A program made the translations under genes and the position numbers. Positions 19,000 through 26,367 of a stretch of 64,000 bases of DNA are shown in pieces. Under the pieces are notes generated by a model that saw only the letters and a program-made list of their open reading frames with translations, was not told where the DNA came from and did no database searches. Source of the stretch: Gammaproteobacteria bacterium (GTDB taxonomy: Bacteria > Pseudomonadota > Gammaproteobacteria > JAPPPA01); assembly GCA_030425645.1 (NCBI GenBank), contig JAUHZK010000007.1, forward strand, positions 91,116 to 155,115. Reading direction: 5' to 3'. The first letter of the stretch is position 1. Each line of letters begins with the position of its first letter.

Positions 19000-19569
19000 T
19001 TATCCTTCACTAGCAAGCTGCTGCTGATACGCCAGCCAGTGGGCATACAACAAACTGCGTTGTTTAAGACTAATAGGCTGCTCGCCCATCCATACTGACA
19101 GCAGCATCTTTGCCACTTGCGGGTTATTTAAGCGGTGCAGTGGTTGCCGATTAAGGCTCAGCAGTAGCTCAGCCCCAGTCCACTGCAACTGGTAGTGGTC
19201 GCCCTTTTCCACATCTTCAAATGCGTTCACAAAGGCTTCGATCGGGGCTCTCTGACCTAATAGATCCTTGCCGTAGTTGGCCTCAATGGTGTCCATAAAT
19301 AAACCCGACAAGCGCTCGGCGGAAACTGCGATGCCGTAATCAATACGCAAACGTTTTGGATATGCGGGTGACAGCCAATCGTCGACTTCAAGCTCGGCGG
19401 GCACTGCCAGCGAAGCGGTGGTTAGGGTTTTAAACAGAAAACGATATTTGGCGCTACCGACATCTACCCACTGGGCAGCCTGGGTTGGCAAACTGAGCAG
19501 CAAGAAAATGCAACAGCTTAGTAATGACGTTCTGAGCTTAGCCATGCGGAAGCACCTTAGTGTTTTCAT
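19000..19569 (-). CDS. Chalcone-isomerase-like periplasmic lipid-binding protein
   Basis: Signal peptide, VGSAKYRFLF, DV.KGD, LLSVWMGEQP. Sits between MFS and DUF3833 genes as in related clusters. Start may be 19545. Confidence 0.6.
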   Translation of the reverse strand: MKTLRCFRMAKLRTSLLSCCIFLLLSLPTQAAQWVDVGSAKYRFLFKTLTTASLAVPAELEVDDWLSPAYPKRLRIDYGIAVSAERLSGLFMDTIEANYGKDLLGQRAPIEAFVNAFEDVEKGDHYQLQWTGAELLLSLNRQPLHRLNNPQVAKMLLSVWMGEQPISLKQRSLLYAHWLAYQQQLASEG

Positions 19570-20797
19570 CAGTAGAAACCGAGGAACTAGATAAGGCCAT
19601 TAACGGCCGCACCATGAGCGGCGAAAACATCAACAAGGCAACGATGGACTTAAGCGCCACCGGCACCCAAACATATACCGCCGTGACAAGGCTAGAAGGC
19701 AATATCGCAGCGCCTTGAGCAACCGTTGGCGACGGCCCTAGGGCACCAAACAACGCGAATGCGACCACTACTGCCAACCCCAAAGCCAGCTTCTGCGCCA
19801 TACCCCAAAAGCCAAAACTGGCGCCGACGTTTTCCGCGCCGGCCTGCAAACGCAGCGATACCCATCGGGTTTGCAAGGTCACTGGGGCAACACTATCAAT
19901 ACCGGCACAAAAGCCAGTAACCACACAGCAAAGCAAAAACCACAACACATCACCCTGGCCAAGCAAGGCCACTGGCGCAAAGGCCAAAATCGAGACCAGC
20001 ACGGCGGTTCGCCACAGGCGCAGCAGGCCCAACTGAGGAGCAAAACGCTTGTAGATGAGAACCGCAGCAATAGCCGACAAGAAGTAGGCTATTAACAGCG
20101 CCGGCAACCACTGCTCTGCACCTAACACGTCGCGACAGAACACCAGCAAGACCACACCCGGGACAGCGTTAGCAGTCGAATTCAGCAACCATAACCACCA
20201 TAGGCGCAGGCCAGCCTTGTCCTGCCATAGCACTACCAAATCCTGCTTAACCGAATTTCGCGAACTCGCAGCATTGACGCTTGGCTGCAACCACACCGAA
20301 ACCGCCATCAACAGCAGCATCAACAGCAGCAACCACCAAGCAAAACCAAACAGCGCCGGCAATAACAAACCTAAGATGGTGCCAACTAGCAGCAACGCCT
20401 CTCGACCAGCGTTCCAGCTCAACTGCTCTAGCGGCGCCCGCGTTGTTGGCGCCGCCAACCACGGTACGGCGAGCAATGTCCATCCGAAAAACAACAGTGC
20501 AATCGCCGCGGCAGCAACGAATGGGGTATAGGCCGAGAACAACAATGCCGCAGCCAACAACAGCACCAGCAGCCCCAGTTGCATAACACGGTCACGGCGA
20601 GCGACCCGATCCACCCACACTCCGACCGGCAGGTCGGTGCAGACATCAATAAAACGCGCCAACAGAAACAACCATGCGACCTCGCCAAAACCAAAGCCGC
20701 GCTGCTCTACCAACCACGTGGGCACATATAGATAGAACGGCAGCCCAAGCGCCGCCAAAGGCAAAGCCAGCAAAGAATATCGGATTATGTACAACAT
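19538..20797 (-). CDS. MFS transporter (GPH/MFS_2-like)
   Basis: About 12 hydrophobic segments, LPLAALGLPFYLYVP, ARFIDVCTDLPVGVWVDR, FGFWGMAQKLALGLA. Start moved to ATG 20797. Confidence 0.85.
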   Translation of the reverse strand: MLYIIRYSLLALPLAALGLPFYLYVPTWLVEQRGFGFGEVAWLFLLARFIDVCTDLPVGVWVDRVARRDRVMQLGLLVLLLAAALLFSAYTPFVAAAAIALLFFGWTLLAVPWLAAPTTRAPLEQLSWNAGREALLLVGTILGLLLPALFGFAWWLLLLMLLLMAVSVWLQPSVNAASSRNSVKQDLVVLWQDKAGLRLWWLWLLNSTANAVPGVVLLVFCRDVLGAEQWLPALLIAYFLSAIAAVLIYKRFAPQLGLLRLWRTAVLVSILAFAPVALLGQGDVLWFLLCCVVTGFCAGIDSVAPVTLQTRWVSLRLQAGAENVGASFGFWGMAQKLALGLAVVVAFALFGALGPSPTVAQGAAILPSSLVTAVYVWVPVALKSIVALLMFSPLMVRPLMALSSSSVSTDENTKVLPHG

Positions 20798-20845
20798 ATT
20801 TTTAAATAATAATATGTTGTACTGTTTTTGTATATGTTTTATTAT
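20788..20845 (+). promoter_or_regulatory. sigma70 promoter (-35 TTGTAC, 17 bp, -10 TATTAT) overlapped by a 12-bp inverted repeat and TGTAY boxes
   Basis: -35 at 20817-20822, -10 at 20840-20845. IR GTACAACATATT (20789-20800) / AATATGTTGTAC (20811-20822). TGTACT 20818 and TGTATA 20829 are 11 bp apart. Confidence 0.6.
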
Positions 20846-20851
20846 CTTGTT

Positions 20852-20954
20852 TCGCGCAAGCGAGTCACTTCCCTCTAGTCTCCTCCAGGAAGTGAGGCCA
20901 CGCCAGTGGTCAACAGCAAAACTTGAGGCCGCCATTTGGCGGCCTCTTTTTTTT
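20852..20954 (+). ncRNA. Candidate small regulatory RNA (three hairpins, CU-rich anti-SD loop, intrinsic terminator)
   Basis: Stem TCACTTCC/GGAAGTGA with loop CTCTAGTCTCCTCCA. Stem GGCCAC/GTGGTC. Terminator GAGGCCGCCA-TT-TGGCGGCCTC+T8. Promoter immediately upstream, no credible ORF. Confidence 0.6.
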
Positions 20955-21025
20955 GCACAACCACATGCGTATACAACTTTGCAGCAAAGCCATCTAGCCG
21001 AAACAATCGAAACCAATATGCAGGC

Positions 21026-21057
21026 AAAAAAAAACCAGCCCGAGGGCTGGTTTTTTT
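21026..21057 (-). terminator. Intrinsic terminator originally downstream of tRNA-Lys
   Basis: A9-CCAGCC-CGAG-GGCTGG-T7, directly beyond the duplicated tRNA 3' end. Confidence 0.8.
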
Positions 21058-21061
21058 GAAG

Positions 21062-21112
21062 ATGGTGGGTCGTGTAGGATTCGAACCTACGACCAATTGG
21101 TTAAAAGCCAAC
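21062..21112. repeat. att site: 51-bp direct repeat of the tRNA-Lys 3' part
   Basis: ATGGTGGGTCGTGTAGGATTCGAACCTACGACCAATTGGTTAAAAGCCAAC is identical to 28441-28491. Confidence 0.95.
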
Positions 21113-21270
21113 AACGGTATTTTAAAAAAAATTATCTAATTCAATGGGATACGAAGTTTATACTATCCCTCCAACTTCAGAATGACACAACTGTAAGCCT
21201 TTGTTTTTTATATCTTTGGCATATAGAGTGGGATAAGCTCTTATTACGTTTATTAGCTGACCAGCACTTC

Positions 21271-21552
21271 CTATCTATGGCTCGTATCTTCTCGTATGGG
21301 AAATGTTGCTGAGTACTGTTTTGCTATCGCACCCATAGCAAGCGAAAGCTCAGGTGGAAGCATAAACCACATAGGATTTCCGAAAGCATTTGGGTAGCCA
21401 ATATCTTCGTCACCATCTTCCCCATTCCACCGCATTGCCAGCTGAATATCTCCGTGCTCATACCGCCCCCACGCAACTGAAAAACCATTCAAGTCATACA
21501 AGACTTCTACAACTTGAAAGTTTTTAGGATTTACACGACTTGGATTGACCAT
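21271..21552 (-). CDS. Hypothetical cargo protein (RWNG...GYP...G.P.WF.LP motif)
   Basis: ATG with AAGGAAG RBS. Compact globular-looking sequence with W/G/P motifs. Confidence 0.7.
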   Translation of the reverse strand: MVNPSRVNPKNFQVVEVLYDLNGFSVAWGRYEHGDIQLAMRWNGEDGDEDIGYPNAFGNPMWFMLPPELSLAMGAIAKQYSATFPIREDTSHR

Positions 21553-21666
21553 TTTCTTCCTTATTTATCCTTATTTTCAGCGCAAATTAACAATCGCACC
21601 CCAGTAGATTGATAGCAAACTCAAAACGGGTTATCAAACCGCGAAAGGTCTTACCAATAACCATAG

Positions 21667-22719
21667 CTACCTGAATATCGCATCATACTTACGCAAAGTC
21701 CTATCGTCCCGAATAAGCTCGTCAACAAAATCTTCATTGGAATAAATACCTGACAACATATCTCTTACACGAAGCGGCAAATCCACAGCCTCCTCCGCGA
21801 TGACAAACTGCAAATAAGCCTTGTTAGCTTCAAACCGTTCATTTGTCATATCAAAAATTACATAAGCCGAGAGTTTTTTAAGGTCTTCATAATTTTTAAG
21901 TGCCGTGTAACGCTTAACTTCCTCCTGATAATCCAACAGGCGTTTGATAGGTATGTATCCGCTTCCCTCATCAGCTAGGATCATGCGCTGACCATCGGGA
22001 CGAGGAAACTCATTTACACACTCCATTAGCCTCTGTTGGATACCTTTGTAGGAAGTATCGGTATAAGGCTGATTCATTTTGTTTCGTGGTTCTATTGGCT
22101 CGTCAGCGTGCGTATCAAAAAAGTCAGGGGCGGAATATTGCAAGTAAATCTTGTTGGACAGCTCACTACGTCTATTGGAAGTGTTTTTAGCATATTCAAG
22201 AGTAATCTCATCTCCCCGTTCGACCTTCATTAATATCTCTTGAGCCAACTTGTTGCTCTCGCTCACAAAGGCTTTCAACTCGCTAAAGATATAATCACTT
22301 TCGGCGCTTACCTCGACCCAACCATTCTCAAACTTATCAGCTAATAATTGAGATTCGCATGCCCCAAATTTAATCAAGTGTTTGTTGAAGTGAATATCTT
22401 TCTTGAGTTTCCGCAGTTTAATTTTGTTGGCCTCATTTATTGCGGTTTGCTTCTTTACAAGCGCATCAACAAGCTCCGATACGCCACTCATTTCACATTC
22501 GTACCTAACCTCAGCAAAGCCTTCACTTTCATTTAGAACGTCCCATTTAGTTGCGTCACAGCTTTGCCATGCATCGAACACCAAACCAATAGGTTTGATT
22601 CCGAAGCTGCTAATGCTCTGTTCTTTTAGATCCGTGATCCAATCTTTTTTTCCGCAGCCTGATATACCAACAACCAATAGACAACAAAGGAAAACCATCA
22701 ATTTTTTAAGGTCAAACAT
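21667..22719 (-). CDS. Hypothetical cargo lipoprotein
   Basis: Long ORF, GGAG RBS, KK + hydrophobic stretch + ISGC lipobox. Confidence 0.75.
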   Translation of the reverse strand: MFDLKKLMVFLCCLLVVGISGCGKKDWITDLKEQSISSFGIKPIGLVFDAWQSCDATKWDVLNESEGFAEVRYECEMSGVSELVDALVKKQTAINEANKIKLRKLKKDIHFNKHLIKFGACESQLLADKFENGWVEVSAESDYIFSELKAFVSESNKLAQEILMKVERGDEITLEYAKNTSNRRSELSNKIYLQYSAPDFFDTHADEPIEPRNKMNQPYTDTSYKGIQQRLMECVNEFPRPDGQRMILADEGSGYIPIKRLLDYQEEVKRYTALKNYEDLKKLSAYVIFDMTNERFEANKAYLQFVIAEEAVDLPLRVRDMLSGIYSNEDFVDELIRDDRTLRKYDAIFR

Positions 22720-23097
22720 CTAAGACACTCCCGCCAGTCAAGCCTAATAACAACTTCGTTAGATACAAACCAATCTATGGCCGCATCTACATAATTAAAA
22801 CTACCGCCCAATTGCAAGTAGCTAATTAGATTAAAATTTTATCCACAGTAACAAGCCTTTACTAAGTGTCAACCTATTTTGTAGTGTGCGAAGGCACTAC
22901 GGCACGTGCTCTACTTACAACACGCTTTACCCACAAAAGCCCGCTACAGCCTACCATAGAATCGGCCCTCCTTTTGTATTGGATGCAAACAGATAAAACG
23001 TATCTAAACACCGGATGCAATCAAACCTGTTAACCGTATTAAAGGCCTTTTGCTTCTGCCGAAAAGGCTCCATAGCCATTTACTTGTCTTGTGGTAG

Positions 23098-23146
23098 CAC
23101 GTTATTAGCAAAACTAATTGAGTCGTCACGGTGAGCTTCATATCCT
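23098..23146 (+). promoter_or_regulatory. Repeated element promoter module, copy 1 (upstream of rep-like gene)
   Basis: CACGTTATTAGCAAAACTAATTGAGTC, with -35 TTGAGT 23118-23123, 17 bp spacer, -10 TATCCT 23141-23146. Confidence 0.75.
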
Positions 23147-23173
23147 GACCTTCTATGTAAGGAAAAAAAGGAA

Positions 23174-23611
23174 ATGAACCAATTTGATTTAATCGACAGA
23201 GAAACAGGCGAAGTCTTAGATGCAAAACACATTGTTGCGCCTAAGAAGATACCTTCAGCCTTCCACGAAGGCTTCAATATGATTGGCCTATTCGGCTGTG
23301 AATACCTGACTAAATTAGGTGCTGAAGGAAAACTCACGCTGACCGATTTCGTAGTCTTGTGTAAGTTACTCACGGATAACAACTACGAGAACAGCCAAGG
23401 CTTAAACATAGCTAAGCTGGCAAGAGACATTGGGAAAGACCGATCTCAAGTCAGCAAAGCAATCAAGCATTTGCAAAGCCACGATTTATTCATTCGACAA
23501 AAAGATAAAGACGGCCTGCCTGAGTTGCTCTTCAACCCCAACTACTTTTGGCGTGGCAGGCCAGCGCTCCATAAGCAAGCTATTCGCCACTACAAAAAAG
23601 ACAAGTCTTAA
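23174..23611 (+). CDS. RepL-like winged-helix replication/maintenance protein
   Basis: IDRETGEV N-terminal motif, HTH IAKLARDIGKDRSQVSKAIKHL, FNPNYFWRG C-terminal motif. Confidence 0.6.
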   Translation: MNQFDLIDRETGEVLDAKHIVAPKKIPSAFHEGFNMIGLFGCEYLTKLGAEGKLTLTDFVVLCKLLTDNNYENSQGLNIAKLARDIGKDRSQVSKAIKHLQSHDLFIRQKDKDGLPELLFNPNYFWRGRPALHKQAIRHYKKDKS

Positions 23612-25356
23612 AGCCCTAAGTCACGGCTATTATCTTGCTCTCTACGCTTCAACTCACGATACAGCTTGTTACTGATTGTCATTTTCGGTTTGGGTTGCGG
23701 TGCTTCTTTATCAGCAACCATTTTTTTCACCAAACCTAATGCCTTTTCACAGCAAAGAGCCGACAGGTGCAATATCTTGGTCAGGAAGTTGCCGTAATGC
23801 CTAAAGCCGGACAAGTGGTAACCCTGTTGTATTTCTCCGCCTATGTGATTGGCAAAATTTTCCGCAAAATCATTCAGCGATTCTTGGCTTAGTTCTAAGC
23901 CATAAAGCGGAACACTAAACACCACCTCAAAATCATTTGTGGCTAGTTGTTGAGTCAGACTAGGCATATAGCCTTGCGCTTCCAGTTTGTCGATTTGGCG
24001 TTGCGACAAATCACCAATGCAAAACTGAAAATAGCCCTCGCGGCGCGGGGCAATCTGCAAGACATAACCCTTGCTCGACAACTGCATTAAGCCAGCCATT
24101 TTGTCGCTGAGTTGCTCCTCTGAATAAACATGACGCTTAGGTGCTTGGTAGTTGTTTGGGTTTGAGATTATTAGCTCGTATTTATCAGCCTGAATAGCGT
24201 CGAACTGCTTTTGCAGTTCCTTCATTTTGTATTGATAACTCATGCTGCTTACAACGCCTCCTTGATTGGAGAGAAGCTCATCAAGAGCACGCCAGCGACG
24301 ATACCCAGCACGAAGGCTGAGGTTATGGTCCACAGCGTGCTTCTCAAAGTCGCCAGCTCGTGCTTCTGCATTATCTGAAGCTGGAGCTTCCTGTTGCGGT
24401 CCAGGGTTTTGCTGAACTTCTGGTATTGCTTGGTTAGACTTTGGCTCGCCTGAGTGCTCTGCTTTGTAACCCGTGTCATTTGCTCGTTGATGTTCAACAA
24501 GGTTTGTTGCAGAACTTTCTGAGTTTCTGCTTCTGTTCTGACTAAGTGCTTTTTTGATTTGGTTTGTGCAGCGGATAAGTTCTCCGCTTTCTGTGGCTTG
24601 TTCATAGCTAACTCCTTTTTCTAATAATTGTTTTAAGCTGTAGCCTTTCCCTAGTTGGGAACCCTTGAACGTAATGCCTTCCAGTTGAAAGGCCATTCCG
24701 TTGAGTCGTCCGGTGCTTGCCACATTAGGTATGGCAATCACTCCTGACGCTTTTAATCGCTCTATAAAAGCGAAAACTGATTGAGGCTCATTCAATGCCT
24801 CGTCTATGAGCTGTTGTAGCTGTTGGCGGATTGGGGCGCGCCCTTCACGCAACGCTTTTTCCATCTCGTTTTTAGTTGCTTGTTTCTTGTCGCGTTGGGC
24901 TTCTTCAAACGTCTTTGTAATCGTCAAACCGAACTGCTTTTCTAAATCGCTAGCGACGCGCATGGCAGAAAAGTATTCCCAGCGCCCATTCCATAACTGC
25001 CCGTTTAAACCGATACGGCTGGCAACGATGTGAATATGTTGTCCGTTGGTGTCGCTATGCGATACGGCAACCCATTGGTGAGCGTCGCTAAACCCCATGC
25101 GCTCCACATAGGCATTGGCCACCTCGGAAAACTTCTCTGCTGGGATGGTTTCGTTATCGGGCAGTCTTAGCCACGAGTGGCTGACTGGCTTAATGATTGA
25201 AGGGCGTTTATTTCGGCTAATGCCGAACTCTGCCGATAACTGTAGCGGGTTAGTGCCTGACATATTCCCAGCGACGATTTCAGCACCCTTGCTGTCGCCG
25301 AATACATACGACAGCGCACCGTAAAAACCGTTGCCTCTTATTGCTCCGGCTTTCAT
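23608..25356 (-). CDS. Relaxase (MOBP-like mobilisation nuclease) with C-terminal RepB'-primase-like domain
   Basis: GNGFYGALSY (catalytic Tyr region), PVSHSWLRL, HSDTNGQHIHIVASRI HUH motif, FKGSQLGKGYS. ATGA overlap with mobC. Confidence 0.88.
   Translation of the reverse strand: MKAGAIRGNGFYGALSYVFGDSKGAEIVAGNMSGTNPLQLSAEFGISRNKRPSIIKPVSHSWLRLPDNETIPAEKFSEVANAYVERMGFSDAHQWVAVSHSDTNGQHIHIVASRIGLNGQLWNGRWEYFSAMRVASDLEKQFGLTITKTFEEAQRDKKQATKNEMEKALREGRAPIRQQLQQLIDEALNEPQSVFAFIERLKASGVIAIPNVASTGRLNGMAFQLEGITFKGSQLGKGYSLKQLLEKGVSYEQATESGELIRCTNQIKKALSQNRSRNSESSATNLVEHQRANDTGYKAEHSGEPKSNQAIPEVQQNPGPQQEAPASDNAEARAGDFEKHAVDHNLSLRAGYRRWRALDELLSNQGGVVSSMSYQYKMKELQKQFDAIQADKYELIISNPNNYQAPKRHVYSEEQLSDKMAGLMQLSSKGYVLQIAPRREGYFQFCIGDLSQRQIDKLEAQGYMPSLTQQLATNDFEVVFSVPLYGLELSQESLNDFAENFANHIGGEIQQGYHLSGFRHYGNFLTKILHLSALCCEKALGLVKKMVADKEAPQPKPKMTISNKLYRELKRREQDNSRDLGL
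24249..24605 (-). CDS. MobB-like accessory protein nested out-of-frame inside the relaxase gene
   Basis: Strong AAGGAG RBS before ATG 24605, coiled coil plus one C-terminal TM helix. Same layout as nested mobB/mbeB genes. Confidence 0.65.
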   Translation of the reverse strand: MNKPQKAENLSAAQTKSKKHLVRTEAETQKVLQQTLLNINEQMTRVTKQSTQASQSLTKQYQKFSKTLDRNRKLQLQIMQKHELATLRSTLWTITSAFVLGIVAGVLLMSFSPIKEAL

Positions 25357-25691
25357 TGCGCTTTCACCCCGATTAAAGCGTTGCGGGTATCGGCTAAGAC
25401 GTTTTGCGTCCGCTCAACATCTTCGATTACGCCAGCAATGTTGGCGCGGCGCGCCAACTGATTAAGCAAGCCTGACAGCTTATTGAGCTGGGACCATGCT
25501 TTGAAATTAACAGGTGGGATATGTTGCACTTGGGCGGTAAACGCCAAGGTGCGCAAGTATTCGCCACGGGCAGCATGCCCGCGTAAATCGTCGAGTTGAT
25601 TTAGTTCTAAATCCGTTAGTCGGCACCCTATGCGGTGCGACCTTTTAAGGTCTGCGGGCAGTCTTTTTCTGCCTCTTCTTCTGTGCTCCAT
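25353..25691 (-). CDS. mobC: MobC-like ribbon-helix-helix relaxosome accessory protein
   Basis: RGRKRLP..LKRSHRIGCRLTD.E, RGEYLR, LNKLSGLLNQLARRAN. Directly upstream of the relaxase. Start ATG 25691. Confidence 0.8.
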   Translation of the reverse strand: MEHRRRGRKRLPADLKRSHRIGCRLTDLELNQLDDLRGHAARGEYLRTLAFTAQVQHIPPVNFKAWSQLNKLSGLLNQLARRANIAGVIEDVERTQNVLADTRNALIGVKAQ

Positions 25692-25724
25692 GTTTGTTGT
25701 TCTTCTAATGTCTTGCCGTCGTAA

Positions 25725-25800
25725 GCAAAGCGCCACAAGGGCACCCGTTAACGGGCAAGCAAGGATATTTGGCCAGCCAAATTACTCCTTGCTACTTCTC
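25725..25800. other. Candidate oriT
   Basis: Palindrome CCCGTTAACGGG (25744-25755) and nested IR AGCAAGGA/ATTTGGC..GCCAAAT/TCCTTGCT (25758-25793), upstream of mobC. Confidence 0.4.
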
Positions 25801-25839
25801 ACAGTAAACTATTTTACGATCTATATCAATAACTTATAT

Positions 25840-25886
25840 CGTTATTAGTAAAACTAATTGAGTCAAGCAGGAGAGATCCATAAGCT
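25840..25886 (+). promoter_or_regulatory. Repeated element promoter module, copy 2
   Basis: CGTTATTAGTAAAACTAATTGAGTCA, with -35 TTGAGT 25858-25863, 17 bp spacer, -10 TAAGCT 25881-25886. Confidence 0.75.
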
Positions 25887-25915
25887 GAAATAGTCAATTC
25901 AATAAGGAGTTATAT

Positions 25916-26305
25916 ATGACAAGAAGAAAATTAGTAAGTAGCCACAGCCCGCGCGAATACCTCACCAAGTGCAATAAAGCCATCAACATATATTGGGATT
26001 TCTACACCGTGCTAGACAAACCAGAAAAAAGAGGTTTTGTAGTCACAAATTTCACTTTAAACAATAGGTTCTTATGCTTTAAACCCGAGTTCCCTACAAG
26101 GGGCCGTTTTAACACCACGGCATTCCCCGATGAATTGAGAAGGGAGCTCCAAGTGTTTTTTTATACGAAATGTGATTTCTCTAAGGAAAATTTTGAAAAA
26201 TTGGGGTTCATAATTGAGCTAGCAATTATGCTGATTAAGCACAGTAAGCACTTCGAGAATCATTGCATGAGCTTTTATGAAATGGCTGTAAGAACCGGGT
26301 CATAA
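25916..26305 (+). CDS. Hypothetical protein
   Basis: Strong TAAGGAG RBS, located right behind promoter module copy 2. Confidence 0.65.
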   Translation: MTRRKLVSSHSPREYLTKCNKAINIYWDFYTVLDKPEKRGFVVTNFTLNNRFLCFKPEFPTRGRFNTTAFPDELRRELQVFFYTKCDFSKENFEKLGFIIELAIMLIKHSKHFENHCMSFYEMAVRTGS

Positions 26306-26367
26306 CCCTTTTAATTTTAACTTTGGTCACAGCCAGAACAGTATATGACGCAGTCACCCATAGGCCT

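Noticed and set aside
20798-21016. N-terminal extension of the MFS ORF and other ORFs across 20787-21312
   Set aside because: They run through a promoter, terminators and the att site and have no protein-like character.
21063-21112. Second tRNA-Lys gene
   Set aside because: Only the 3' 50 nt are present; the D-arm and 5' acceptor strand are missing, so it is an att remnant.
21590-21660. c-di-GMP riboswitch (GCAAA...GAAA)
   Set aside because: The required paired stems and tetraloop receptor could not be formed, and it is antisense to the flanking genes.
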